Part shown: piece after piece, positions 17,023-26,577 of the stretch
How positions within the stretch are numbered: the first letter of the stretch is position 1
Layout of the letters: each line of letters opens with the position of its first letter
Origin: an uncultured Arcobacteraceae bacterium
GTDB taxonomy: Bacteria; Campylobacterota; Campylobacteria; Campylobacterales; Arcobacteraceae
DNA length: 34,834 nt
Assembly (NCBI GenBank): GCA_964022095.1
Contig: CAXHZO010000023.1
Location: forward strand, 1-34,834
Reading direction: 5' to 3'
Translations under genes and position numbers: made by a program
Notes under the pieces: generated by a model
Database searches by the model: none
What the model saw: only the letters and a program-made list of their open reading frames with translations
What the model was told of the DNA's origin: nothing

Positions 17023-18015
17023 ATGAGTTTAAAAGAAGATATTAATTATTCACTTTGGTGTGATTTTATTGAAAGAGATTTCTTAGAAAATAGATTTCAA
17101 GAAATTATAAATAACCAAATTATTCAAGGTGCTACATCAAACCCAGCAATTTTTGAATCATCAATTTCAAATTCGACTGCGTACAAGCAGCAGCTAGATA
17201 TGTTACAAGCAAATAACGCAAAAACAATTTATGAAGAGTTAGCTCTTAAAGATATCAAAAGAGCAGCTGAGTTATTAAGTAATCTTCATAAAGAAGATGC
17301 AGATGATGGATTTATTTCAATTGAAGTTGATCCATTATTATGTGATGATGCTGCTGGTACTATTGAAGAAGGTATTAGATTAAATACTTTAATTGGTGCA
17401 GAAAATGTAATGATTAAAGTTCCTGCAACTGAAGCTGGATTTATTGCAATGAGGGAGTTAACTTCAAAAGGAATTCATGTAAATGCAACGCTGATTTTTT
17501 CAGTTGATCAAGCAATTAAATGTGCACAGGCATTAAATGAAGGTATCAAAGAATCAAATAAAGATATTAAAGCTGTTATCTCTGTATTTGTTTCTAGATT
17601 TGATAGATTAGTTGATGGAGAGTTTGCTTCAAAAGGTTTAGAAACTTCTAAATTAGGAATTATTAATGCAACTAAATGTTACCATGAAATCAATAAATTT
17701 GGAAATGCAAATATCAGAACTTTATTTGCTAGTACTGGTGTAAAGGGTGATGAATTATCTCCTTCATATTATGTTGACAGTTTAATTTATCCAAACTCAG
17801 TTAATACTGCACCTTTAGGTACTATTGAAGAGTGGTTAAAAGATGGCTCTAAAGAGCCAACTGAAATTATTACAGAAACTCAATGTGATGAATATTTTGA
17901 CATACTTTCAAATAAAGGAATAGTTATGGATGATATTTATTCAAAACTATTAAAAGATGGATTAGATTCATTTAAAGTATCTTTTCAAGATCTTCTTTCA
18001 AAACTTATTAAATAG
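17023..18015 (+). CDS. tal: Transaldolase
   Basis: GATSNPAIF, ISIEVDP, MIKVPAT, NATLIFS, SVFVSRFD, LFASTGVK. Confidence 0.96.
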   Translation: MSLKEDINYSLWCDFIERDFLENRFQEIINNQIIQGATSNPAIFESSISNSTAYKQQLDMLQANNAKTIYEELALKDIKRAAELLSNLHKEDADDGFISIEVDPLLCDDAAGTIEEGIRLNTLIGAENVMIKVPATEAGFIAMRELTSKGIHVNATLIFSVDQAIKCAQALNEGIKESNKDIKAVISVFVSRFDRLVDGEFASKGLETSKLGIINATKCYHEINKFGNANIRTLFASTGVKGDELSPSYYVDSLIYPNSVNTAPLGTIEEWLKDGSKEPTEIITETQCDEYFDILSNKGIVMDDIYSKLLKDGLDSFKVSFQDLLSKLIK

Positions 18016-18036
18016 TTAGCTCTTAGCTAACTGTTT
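18010..18036 (+). terminator. Hairpin/terminator after tal
   Basis: AAATAGTTAGC-TCTTA-GCTAACTGTTT inverted repeat with one G-U pair. Confidence 0.6.
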
Positions 18037-18084
18037 AAAAACCCCTAAATATTACAAATTGATAACAATTAAAAGCTAAACTTA

Positions 18085-18106
18085 TTAAGAGTTATTACGT
18101 TAAAAT
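18085..18106 (+). promoter_or_regulatory. Putative sigma70 promoter for DAHP synthase (TTAAG-N11-TAAAAT)
   Basis: TTAAG at 18085, TAAAAT at 18101, AAGGT RBS before ATG 18137. Confidence 0.55.
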
Positions 18107-18136
18107 TTCCCATTATTAAAAATAAAAGGTTATAAA

Positions 18137-19495
18137 ATGAAAAAATGGAATCCTAGTAGTTGGAGAGATTTTCCTATAAAGCAACAACCTGAATATAATG
18201 ACTTAGATAAGTTAAGTAAGGTTGAAAAAGAATTATCATCATATCCTCCTTTAATTTTTGCTGGTGAAGCATTAAAATTAAAAGAGCAATTAGCTGATGT
18301 TGTAAATGGAAAAGCTTTCTTATTACAAGGTGGTGATTGTGCAGAGTCTTTTGATGCATTTAACGCTGCAAATATAAAAGATTTATTTAAAGTAATGATG
18401 CAAATGGCTGTTGTTCTTACTTTTTCTGGAGGTTGTCCAGTTGTAAAAGTAGGTAGAATTGCAGGACAGTTTGCGAAACCTAGAAGTTCAGATTATGAAG
18501 ATGTAAATGGGATTTTATTACCTTCTTATAGAGGTGATATTATAAATGAAGTTGGGTTTGATGAGAAATCAAGAAAACCAAAGCCAAAAAAACTTTTAAA
18601 AGCATACAATCAAAGTGCAGCAACACTTAACCTTTTAAGAGCATTTGCAAGAGGTGGTATGGCTGACTTAAATCAAGTTAACCTATGGAATTTAGATTTT
18701 GTAAAAGATAACTATCTTGGTGAAAAATATCAAAGATTAGCAGATGAAATTACTAAAACTTTAACATTTATGGAAGCTTGTGGAATTAGTAGTGAAAATA
18801 CACCACAACTAAGTGAAACAACGCTATTTACATCTCATGAGGCATTATTATTAAACTATGAAGAAGCCTTAACAAGAAAAGACTCAATCACTGGTGATTG
18901 GTTTGACTGTTCGGCTCATATGTTATGGATTGGGGATAGAACTAGAAAACTAGATGAAGCACATATTGAATATTTCAGAGGTATTAAAAATCCAATTGGA
19001 TGTAAAGTAGGTCCAACAATGAAAGAAGATGAGTTAATCCAGTTAATTGATGCTTTAAATCCAGACAATGAAGCTGGAAGATTAAACTTAATCGTTAGAA
19101 TGGGTGCAAATAAAGTAGGGGATAATTTCCCTAAATTATTAAAAAGAGTAAAAGATGAAGGTAAAAATGTACTTTGGTCTTGTGATCCAATGCATGGTAA
19201 TACAATAAAAGCTGATAATGGCTATAAAACAAGAGATTTTGAAGCAATATTATCTGAAGTTAAAAAGTTCTTCCAAATACATAGATCTGAAGGTACTTAC
19301 GCAGGTGGAATTCATTTAGAAATGACAGGACAAAATGTAACTGAGTGTACAGGTTCTGCTTCTTCTGCTGTTACTCAAGAAGGACTTGCAAGTAGATACC
19401 ATACTCAATGTGATCCAAGATTAAATGCAGATCAAGCTTTAGAGTTATCATTTATGATAGCTGATACGTTAAAAGAAGCTAGAGAAAATATGTAA
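18137..19495 (+). CDS. Class II 3-deoxy-7-phosphoheptulonate (DAHP) synthase
   Basis: [53 protein letters not shown]. Confidence 0.97.
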   Translation: MKKWNPSSWRDFPIKQQPEYNDLDKLSKVEKELSSYPPLIFAGEALKLKEQLADVVNGKAFLLQGGDCAESFDAFNAANIKDLFKVMMQMAVVLTFSGGCPVVKVGRIAGQFAKPRSSDYEDVNGILLPSYRGDIINEVGFDEKSRKPKPKKLLKAYNQSAATLNLLRAFARGGMADLNQVNLWNLDFVKDNYLGEKYQRLADEITKTLTFMEACGISSENTPQLSETTLFTSHEALLLNYEEALTRKDSITGDWFDCSAHMLWIGDRTRKLDEAHIEYFRGIKNPIGCKVGPTMKEDELIQLIDALNPDNEAGRLNLIVRMGANKVGDNFPKLLKRVKDEGKNVLWSCDPMHGNTIKADNGYKTRDFEAILSEVKKFFQIHRSEGTYAGGIHLEMTGQNVTECTGSASSAVTQEGLASRYHTQCDPRLNADQALELSFMIADTLKEARENM

Positions 19496-19496
19496 T

Positions 19497-19525
19497 TTTA
19501 TACTAGGATAATCTCCTAGTGTAAA
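19497..19525. terminator. Hairpin terminator after DAHP synthase, possibly bidirectional
   Basis: TTTATACTAGGA-TAATC-TCCTAGTGTAAA between convergent genes. Confidence 0.65.
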
Positions 19526-19645
19526 TAATTAATTGTAATCTTCAAATATTTAAGCAAATATAATCTTAAATCAATTAAAGATTGTGAAAAGAAGTGTAGA
19601 TTTATTATTAGTTTATTACAAAATTAATAGCTAATGAAGAGCACT

Positions 19646-19987
19646 TTATAAAAAAGTGTTCTTATAATTCTCTTCATTCCAACCTACTATTACATCATCA
19701 TTGAATTCAATAACAGGTCTTTTAAAAAGCATTGGCTCTTTTACAAGCCATTCAAACTTTCCATTTTCATCTAAATTTAGTTCTTTTAGTTTTAGAGTTC
19801 TATATTTAGTACCTTTTGAATTAAATAAAATATTTATATCAGCTTTTGTAGTCCAAGTTTTTATTTTATCTTCAAGTGGTGATTCTTTTTTAAAATCAAA
19901 GAAATCCACTTCAATATTATTTTCTTTAAAAAATTTTAAAGCATTTCTAACACTATTACATGTTTTTATTCCATAAACTGTAATCAT
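19646..19987 (-). CDS. ArsC/Spx family thioredoxin-fold protein (YffB-like)
   Basis: YGIKTCNSVRNA (single Cys), PMLFKRPVI. Confidence 0.88.
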   Translation of the reverse strand: MITVYGIKTCNSVRNALKFFKENNIEVDFFDFKKESPLEDKIKTWTTKADINILFNSKGTKYRTLKLKELNLDENGKFEWLVKEPMLFKRPVIEFNDDVIVGWNEENYKNTFL

Positions 19988-19991
19988 AATA

Positions 19992-20282
19992 CTACTCTAT
20001 AATCTTTGGAACGATGAAATATCCATCTTCACTTTTAGGAGCATTATTTATTATATGCTTAGATAGTTCTAAATCTTGATTAGAAACATCTTCTCTAAGT
20101 GGAGTTCCACCTTCAATTGTACTAAAAGTAGCTTCGATATTTGATACATCAATTTCATTTAAATTTTCAACAAAGTTAATAATATCTCCAAGCTCAGATT
20201 TTAAACTCTCTTTTCTTGAGTCATCAATTTCTAAGCTTGATAGTTTTGCTAACTTTTCTATTAATTTATCATCAACAGTCAT
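19992..20282 (-). CDS. gatC: Asp/Glu-tRNA amidotransferase subunit C
   Basis: KLAKLSSL, TPLRED, NAP..EDGYFIVPKIIE. Confidence 0.95.
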   Translation of the reverse strand: MTVDDKLIEKLAKLSSLEIDDSRKESLKSELGDIINFVENLNEIDVSNIEATFSTIEGGTPLREDVSNQDLELSKHIINNAPKSEDGYFIVPKIIE

Positions 20283-20343
20283 AATTTCCCTTAGGTTTAA
20301 TATTGTTTGTATTTTATCTAAAAAAGTTTTTGTAAGGCTTTAA

Positions 20344-21222
20344 TTACTTATTACCATTACTTAAATATTCATGTGCAAGATATGAACTTCTTGCATATGG
20401 AGTACTATGTACAAACTCAAAACCTAAATCTAAAGCAATTTTTTTGTATCTTTCAAATTGCTCTGGCTTAACATACTCTAATACCTTTGCAAACTCTTTA
20501 GTTGGAGCTAAATATTGACCAATACTTAAAAATTTACAACCAACATCAATAAGATCTTTGAAAACCTGAACCATCTCTTCTTCTGTTTCACCAAGGCCAA
20601 CCATAAGTGCTGATTTAGTTTTGATTTTATCTCCACCTAGCTCTTTTAATCTTTTTAAAACATCTAAAGATCTTTGATATGTAGCACCTTTTCTAATTTT
20701 GTATAATCTTGGAACAGTTTCTATATTATGACCAATAATAACTGCACCTGAATCAACAACTTTTTTCAGTGAGTCATCATTTGCTTGAAAATCAGGAATA
20801 AGAATTTCAACTTGAGTGTCTTCTGTATTATTCAATATACTTTTTGTTACTTCATAAAAATGGTTTGCTCCCCCATCTTTTAAATCATCTCTAGCAGGAC
20901 TTGTAATTACTACAAATTTTAATCCAAGTTTTTGAACTGATAATGTGATTTGTTTAACTTCTTCTTCATTAACATATCCATTAGGATTACCTGTTTTAAC
21001 ATTACAATACTGACATCTTCTCGTACATAAATCACCTAAAATCATAAATGTTGCATTTTTCTTAGCAAAACATTCACTAATATTTGGGCACTTTGCTTCT
21101 TGACAAATAGTGTGTAATCCAGCATTATCAAGAAGTTTTTCCATCTCTTCTTGTGCTTTATTTGATAATTTCTTTCTAAGCCATACGGGTTTTTTAAATT
21201 CTATTTTATTATTTGCTGACAC
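20344..21222 (-). CDS. lipA: Lipoyl synthase
   Basis: CQEAKCPNISEC, CTRRCQYC, HNIETVPRL, GQYLAP, RSSY; GTG start. Confidence 0.97.
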   Translation of the reverse strand: MSANNKIEFKKPVWLRKKLSNKAQEEMEKLLDNAGLHTICQEAKCPNISECFAKKNATFMILGDLCTRRCQYCNVKTGNPNGYVNEEEVKQITLSVQKLGLKFVVITSPARDDLKDGGANHFYEVTKSILNNTEDTQVEILIPDFQANDDSLKKVVDSGAVIIGHNIETVPRLYKIRKGATYQRSLDVLKRLKELGGDKIKTKSALMVGLGETEEEMVQVFKDLIDVGCKFLSIGQYLAPTKEFAKVLEYVKPEQFERYKKIALDLGFEFVHSTPYARSSYLAHEYLSNGNK

Positions 21223-21939
21223 TTATTTTCCTTCTAATATTTTATTTAAATTTTCTTTTTCATTTTCTGTCAAATCTGATATTTTGAAATTTACATTAAA
21301 GCATTTTTCAAAAGCTTCTACTATTTTTTTCTGAGCTTCTTTTATATCTAAAACAATTCCTAAATCTTCTAAAGTAGATCCCATTAAAGAACTGTTATGT
21401 GTTTTGTATAGTGGTATAGAACCATGCTGAAAAATCAATTTACTTGTTCTTTTTTGAGCATTACCACCAATTTTTTTCCCATTAACAATAATATCATAGG
21501 CTTCAAACCCAACTTGACAAAAATCACTTTTCATTAAACTTATTTCTTTATTGTCTTTTACAAAAGATGGATTAAGACCTAATTCTTTGTAAAATGTTAA
21601 AAGAAATTGACAAATTCTTTCATAGGACTCTTTTACTCCAAGATTTTCTAGAACACTACTTGGAACTAGTAAACTATAAGAAATATCATGCCCATGAAAT
21701 AAAACACCACCTCCGGTGATTCTTTTTGAACAATTGTTGTTGTACTCTTCTTTAAACTCTTGATAATCATTTAAATCTTGACCTAAACCTATAGTAAAAG
21801 ATTTTTCCCACGAGTAAATTCTAAATACAATACTTTCTTCATTTTTAAATGAATTTACAAGTGCTTTATCAATAGCCATATTTTTTTTTGCGCTATTTGT
21901 ATTGGATAATATTAATCTTATTTCTTTATTTTCTAACAA
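21223..21939 (-). CDS. Lipoate-protein ligase A family protein, catalytic domain only (LipM-like octanoyltransferase candidate)
   Basis: NMAIDKAL, RITGGGVLFH, KKIGGNAQ, QHGSI; 238 aa with no LplA C-terminal domain. Confidence 0.88.
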   Translation of the reverse strand: MLENKEIRLILSNTNSAKKNMAIDKALVNSFKNEESIVFRIYSWEKSFTIGLGQDLNDYQEFKEEYNNNCSKRITGGGVLFHGHDISYSLLVPSSVLENLGVKESYERICQFLLTFYKELGLNPSFVKDNKEISLMKSDFCQVGFEAYDIIVNGKKIGGNAQKRTSKLIFQHGSIPLYKTHNSSLMGSTLEDLGIVLDIKEAQKKIVEAFEKCFNVNFKISDLTENEKENLNKILEGK

Positions 21940-22166
21940 AAAACTGTATCCTTTTTTTACTATTTGGTAATAAATTTTAAAACTTACGTCAATGTTTTTA
22001 TCAAATTAAGTATATTATAATTAAAAATACATAAAATACATTAAGTTTGATTAAAACTTAAGAAAATTATATAGTTAAAAATTTAAATTAAATTTAAGAA
22101 AGAGTAGAAATATATATTTTTCTGAGATAATTAAGAAAAAAATGTGATATTTTATAAGGAGACTAG

Positions 22167-24839
22167 ATGACAAAAGAGTTTTTAAATGATATTGATCCAG
22201 AAGAAACACTAGAATGGATTGAAGCCCTAGATGCAGTATTAGAAAAAGAGGGGCCAAAAAGAGCTCATTATCTTTTAGAGCAACTAATTGATAAGGCAAG
22301 AAGACGTGGTACTTATTTACCTTTTAAAACTACAACAGCATATTTAAATAGTATTGATGTTGATGATGAACCAAAAATGCCAGGTGATAGAGATATCGAG
22401 AAGAAAATTAGATCTGCTATTAGATGGAATGCAGCTATGATGGTACAAAGAGCTTCTAAGAAAAACTTAGAACTTGGTGGTCATATAGCATCTTTTCAAT
22501 CTTCTGCTACTTTATATGATGTAGGTTTTAACCACTTTTTTAGAGCACCAAATGAAAAAGATGGTGGAGATTTAGTATTTTATCAAGGGCATATATCTCC
22601 AGGTATATATGCAAGAAGTTTTGTTGAAGGTAGAATTACTGAAGCTCAAATGGATAACTTTAGACAAGAAGCTTTAGAAGATGGTTTATCTTCATACCCA
22701 CATCCAAAACTTATGCCAGAATATTGGCAGTTCCCAACAGTTTCTATGGGACTTGGACCAATACAAGCTATTTATCAAGCAAGATTTTTAAAATACTTAA
22801 CTGACAGAGGTATTAAAGATTGTAGTGAGCAAAAAGTATATTGTTACATGGGTGATGGTGAGTGTGATGAGCCAGAATCTTTAGGTGCAATTGGACTTGC
22901 AGGTAGAGAAGAATTAGATAACTTAGTATTTGTTATTAACTGTAACTTACAAAGACTTGATGGACCTGTAAGAGGAAATGGAAAAATAATCCAAGAACTT
23001 GAAGGAAACTTTAGAGGAAATGGTTGGAGAGTTGTTAAAGTTATTTGGGGTAGACACTGGGATGAACTATTAAGAAAAGATAAATCAGGTAAATTACTTC
23101 AATTAATGGAAGAGACTGTTGATGGTGAGTACCAAAACTTCAAACAAAAAGGTGGAGCTTACACAAGAGAGCATTTCTTTAATAAGTATCCAGAAACTGC
23201 AAAATTAGTTGAAAATATGTCTGATGATGAAATCAATGCATTAAATAGAGGTGGACATGATCCATTAAAAGTTTATGCAGCATATAAAGCAGCAGAAAAA
23301 ACAAAAGATAGACCAACTGTAATTTTAGCTAAAACTGTAAAAGGTTACGGAATGGGTGAAGCAGCTGAGGGTAAAAATATTGCTCACGGTGTTAAAAAAG
23401 TTGATGTTGATTCATTAAGACAATTTAGAGATAGATTTAGAATTCCATTTAATGATGAAGAGTTAGAAAAACTTCCATATTACACATTCTCTGAAGATTC
23501 ACCTGAAATGAAATATATGCGTGAGAGAAGAGAAGAGTTACATGGCCCACTTCCTCAAAGAAGACCAAAATTCACTGAGAAACTTGAAATTACTCCATTA
23601 GAAAAATTTAAACCAGTATTAGATGGAAGTGGAGATAGAGAAATTTCAACTACTATGGCATTTGTAAGAGTATTAAATGTTTTAGTAAAAGATAAAAAAA
23701 TTGGAAAAAGAATTGTTCCAATCGTTCCAGATGAAGCTAGAACATTTGGTATGGAAGGTATGTTTAGACAATTAGGTATCTACTCTTCAGAAGGTCAAAA
23801 ATATATTCCTCAAGATAGAGATCAAGTAGCATATTATAAAGAAGATAAAAAAGGACAAGTACTTCAAGAAGGTATTAATGAGCTTGGAGCAATGGGTTCT
23901 TGGGTAGCTGCAGCTACTTCATACTCAATTAATGATTGTCCTATGATTCCATTTTATATTTTCTACTCAATGTTTGGATTCCAAAGAACTGGCGATATTT
24001 GTTGGGCAGCAGGTGACCAAATGGCTAGAGGTTTCTTAGTTGGTGGAACATCAGGAAGAACAACATTAAATGGTGAAGGTTTACAACATGAAGATGGACA
24101 TTCACACATTATTGCTAATACAATTCCAAATTGTGTAACTTATGACCCAACATTCGGATATGAAGTTGCAGTTGTAGTTCAAAATGGTATTGAGAGAATG
24201 TATGGTGAAAACCAAGAAGATATTTTCTACTACATTACAACATTAAATGAAAATTATCAACAACCAGCAATGCCTGAAGGTGTTGAAGAGGGTATCTTAA
24301 AAGGTATTTACAAATATAAAACAATTGAATCTAAAAATAACTATAAAGTTAAATTATTAGGTTCTGGTTCTATTTTCCAACAAGTATTAGCAGCTGCTGA
24401 TGTTTTATCTAATGAGTATGGAATTGCATCTGAGATTTATTCTGTTACTTCATACAATGAGTTAACTAGACAAGCACAAGATGTTGAAAGAAACAACTTA
24501 TTAGATGTAGATAGTGAAGATAAGACTGCATATGTTGATGAAGTTTTAGGAAGTGATGATGAGAATATTATCATCTCTACAACAGATTATATGAAATCTT
24601 ACTCTGAGCAATTAGCTCCATTTGTAAAAGGTTCATTTAAAGCACTTGGTACTGATGGTTTTGGTAGATCAGATTCTAGAGCTAATTTAAGAAAGTTCTT
24701 TGAAGTTGATTCAGACTTTATTGTGTTTACAACTTTATCTCAATTATCAGATGCTGGAAAGATTGAAAAAACAGTTGTAAAAGAAGCTATGGCTAAATAT
24801 GGAATTGATGCAAATAAAATCAATCCAGTAAAAGCGTAA
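22167..24839 (+). CDS. aceE: Pyruvate dehydrogenase E1, homodimeric type
   Basis: DIDPEET.EW, LGGHIASFQSSA, GDGECDEPE TPP motif, GEGLQHEDG, LGTDGFGRSD. Confidence 0.98.
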   Translation: MTKEFLNDIDPEETLEWIEALDAVLEKEGPKRAHYLLEQLIDKARRRGTYLPFKTTTAYLNSIDVDDEPKMPGDRDIEKKIRSAIRWNAAMMVQRASKKNLELGGHIASFQSSATLYDVGFNHFFRAPNEKDGGDLVFYQGHISPGIYARSFVEGRITEAQMDNFRQEALEDGLSSYPHPKLMPEYWQFPTVSMGLGPIQAIYQARFLKYLTDRGIKDCSEQKVYCYMGDGECDEPESLGAIGLAGREELDNLVFVINCNLQRLDGPVRGNGKIIQELEGNFRGNGWRVVKVIWGRHWDELLRKDKSGKLLQLMEETVDGEYQNFKQKGGAYTREHFFNKYPETAKLVENMSDDEINALNRGGHDPLKVYAAYKAAEKTKDRPTVILAKTVKGYGMGEAAEGKNIAHGVKKVDVDSLRQFRDRFRIPFNDEELEKLPYYTFSEDSPEMKYMRERREELHGPLPQRRPKFTEKLEITPLEKFKPVLDGSGDREISTTMAFVRVLNVLVKDKKIGKRIVPIVPDEARTFGMEGMFRQLGIYSSEGQKYIPQDRDQVAYYKEDKKGQVLQEGINELGAMGSWVAAATSYSINDCPMIPFYIFYSMFGFQRTGDICWAAGDQMARGFLVGGTSGRTTLNGEGLQHEDGHSHIIANTIPNCVTYDPTFGYEVAVVVQNGIERMYGENQEDIFYYITTLNENYQQPAMPEGVEEGILKGIYKYKTIESKNNYKVKLLGSGSIFQQVLAAADVLSNEYGIASEIYSVTSYNELTRQAQDVERNNLLDVDSEDKTAYVDEVLGSDDENIIISTTDYMKSYSEQLAPFVKGSFKALGTDGFGRSDSRANLRKFFEVDSDFIVFTTLSQLSDAGKIEKTVVKEAMAKYGIDANKINPVKA

Positions 24840-24849
24840 GGAGTTAAAA

Positions 24850-26568
24850 ATGGCTAATATTGTAGATATTTTTATTCCTGATTTAGGTGCGGATAAAGAT
24901 GTAGATTTAATTGAGATTATGGTTGAAGTTGGTGATAGTGTTGAAGAAGAAGATGGTTTAATCACACTTGAAACAGAAAAAGCTTCTATGGATGTTCCTA
25001 CAACTCATGGTGGAATTGTAAAAGAGATTTTAGTAAAAGTTGGTGATAAAGTGAACTCTGGTGATTTAATTGCTAGAGTTGAAGTTGCTGATGAAGAAAG
25101 TTCTGAAGCTCCTGCTGAAAAAGTAGAAGAATCAAAAGAAGAAACACCTGCTCCAGCAGTTACAACTTCTTCAAACTCATCAAGTGAGGGTGATTTAAAA
25201 GCAGCTCAAGCTGAATTAGAAGCTATTAGTGCAAGTGGTGCTGAGGTTTCTTGTCAATTTGTAAATGAACAAACAATTTGTACTGTAATTGAAGAAATTC
25301 ATATTCCTGATTTAGGTGATGATAAAGATGTTGACCTAATTGAAGTTATGGTAGAAGTTGGTGAAACAGTTGCAATTGAACAAGGATTAGTTACATTAGA
25401 AACTGAAAAAGCTTCTATGGAAGTTCCAGCACCTCATGGTGGTGAAATTTTAGAATTATATGTTGAAGCTGGAATGAAAGTAAATAGTGGTGATTTAGTT
25501 TGTAAAATGACTAAAACAGTAGTTGTGGAATCAAAAAAACCCACACCAACAGCAGCAGTTGAAGAGAAAAAAGAAGAGAAAAAAGCACCTGTAACAGTAC
25601 AAGAAGTAGCAGCAACTTCTGCTCCTGTTGCAAATGCAGTATTAACTGAAAAATCTTCAAAAGTTTATGCCTCTCCATCAGTTAGAAAAGTAGCACGTGA
25701 GTTTGGAGTTGATTTAGGGTTTGTAAAAGGAAGTGGTAGAAAAGGAAGAATTCTTAAAGATGATATTAAAGCTTATGTAAAAGAGCAATTATCTAAACCA
25801 GCAGTTGCTGCCTCAAATGGTGGTAGCGGTCTTGGATTTAACTTACCAGAAGCAAAAGAGATTGACTTTAGTCAGTTTGGTGATACTGAGACTGTTGAGT
25901 TAAGTAGAATTCAAAAAATTTCTGGTCCATCATTACATAGAAATGCATTGGCTATGCCACATGTTACTCAGTTTGATGAAGCAGATATTACAGAAATGGA
26001 AAGCTTTAGAAAAGCACAAAATACAATTGCAGATGATTATAAATTATCTCCATTAGTGTTTGTATTAAAAGCTGTTGCAAAAGCATTAGAGATTCATCCT
26101 AAGTTTAATACATCATTAACACCAGATGGACAAAGTTTAGTTTATAAAAAATATTTCCATATTGCTGTTGCAGTTGATACTCCTAATGGATTAATGGTTC
26201 CTGTAATTAGAGATGTTGATAAAAAAGGTTTCAAGCAAATAGCTCTTGAATTAAAAGAGATTTCACAAAAAGCTAGAGATGGAAAACTAAAATCAACAGA
26301 CATGCAAGGTGCTTGTTTTACAATTTCAAGTCTTGGTGGTATTGGTGGTACTAAGTTTACTCCAATTATTAATGCTCCTGAAGTTGCAATTTTAGGTTTA
26401 TCAAAATCTGAAATGAAACCAGTTTGGGATGGTGAAAACTTTATTCCAAGATTGATGTTACCATTATCTTTATCTTATGACCACAAGGTTATAGATGGTG
26501 CAGATGGTGCAAGATTTACAACAACTTTATCTAAGCTTTTAAGCGATATTAGATTATTAAATTTATAA
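24850..26568 (+). CDS. aceF: Dihydrolipoamide acetyltransferase E2 with two lipoyl domains
   Basis: Two ETEKASM lipoyl domains, ASPSVRKVARE...GSGRKGRI binding domain, DHKVIDGA catalytic motif. Confidence 0.97.
   Translation: MANIVDIFIPDLGADKDVDLIEIMVEVGDSVEEEDGLITLETEKASMDVPTTHGGIVKEILVKVGDKVNSGDLIARVEVADEESSEAPAEKVEESKEETPAPAVTTSSNSSSEGDLKAAQAELEAISASGAEVSCQFVNEQTICTVIEEIHIPDLGDDKDVDLIEVMVEVGETVAIEQGLVTLETEKASMEVPAPHGGEILELYVEAGMKVNSGDLVCKMTKTVVVESKKPTPTAAVEEKKEEKKAPVTVQEVAATSAPVANAVLTEKSSKVYASPSVRKVAREFGVDLGFVKGSGRKGRILKDDIKAYVKEQLSKPAVAASNGGSGLGFNLPEAKEIDFSQFGDTETVELSRIQKISGPSLHRNALAMPHVTQFDEADITEMESFRKAQNTIADDYKLSPLVFVLKAVAKALEIHPKFNTSLTPDGQSLVYKKYFHIAVAVDTPNGLMVPVIRDVDKKGFKQIALELKEISQKARDGKLKSTDMQGACFTISSLGGIGGTKFTPIINAPEVAILGLSKSEMKPVWDGENFIPRLMLPLSLSYDHKVIDGADGARFTTTLSKLLSDIRLLNL
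24859..25087 (+). repeat. Lipoyl-domain repeat, copy in aceF; near-identical to 26587-26815
   Basis: 229-nt gap-free direct repeat, 5 amino-acid differences in 76. Confidence 0.9.
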
Positions 26569-26577
26569 GGAATAAAC

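Noticed and set aside
19646-19987. Arsenic resistance gene
   Set aside because: Single-Cys YffB-like sequence with no arsR, arsB or acr3 nearby; arsenate reductase role not supported
3984-21889. Homopolymer runs (A8 in the fliJ-like gene at 3984, T8 in flgH at 5853, T9 at 21881) as phase-variation tracts
   Set aside because: A/T runs of 8-9 are expected at this AT content; frames are intact; no long poly-G/C tracts seen
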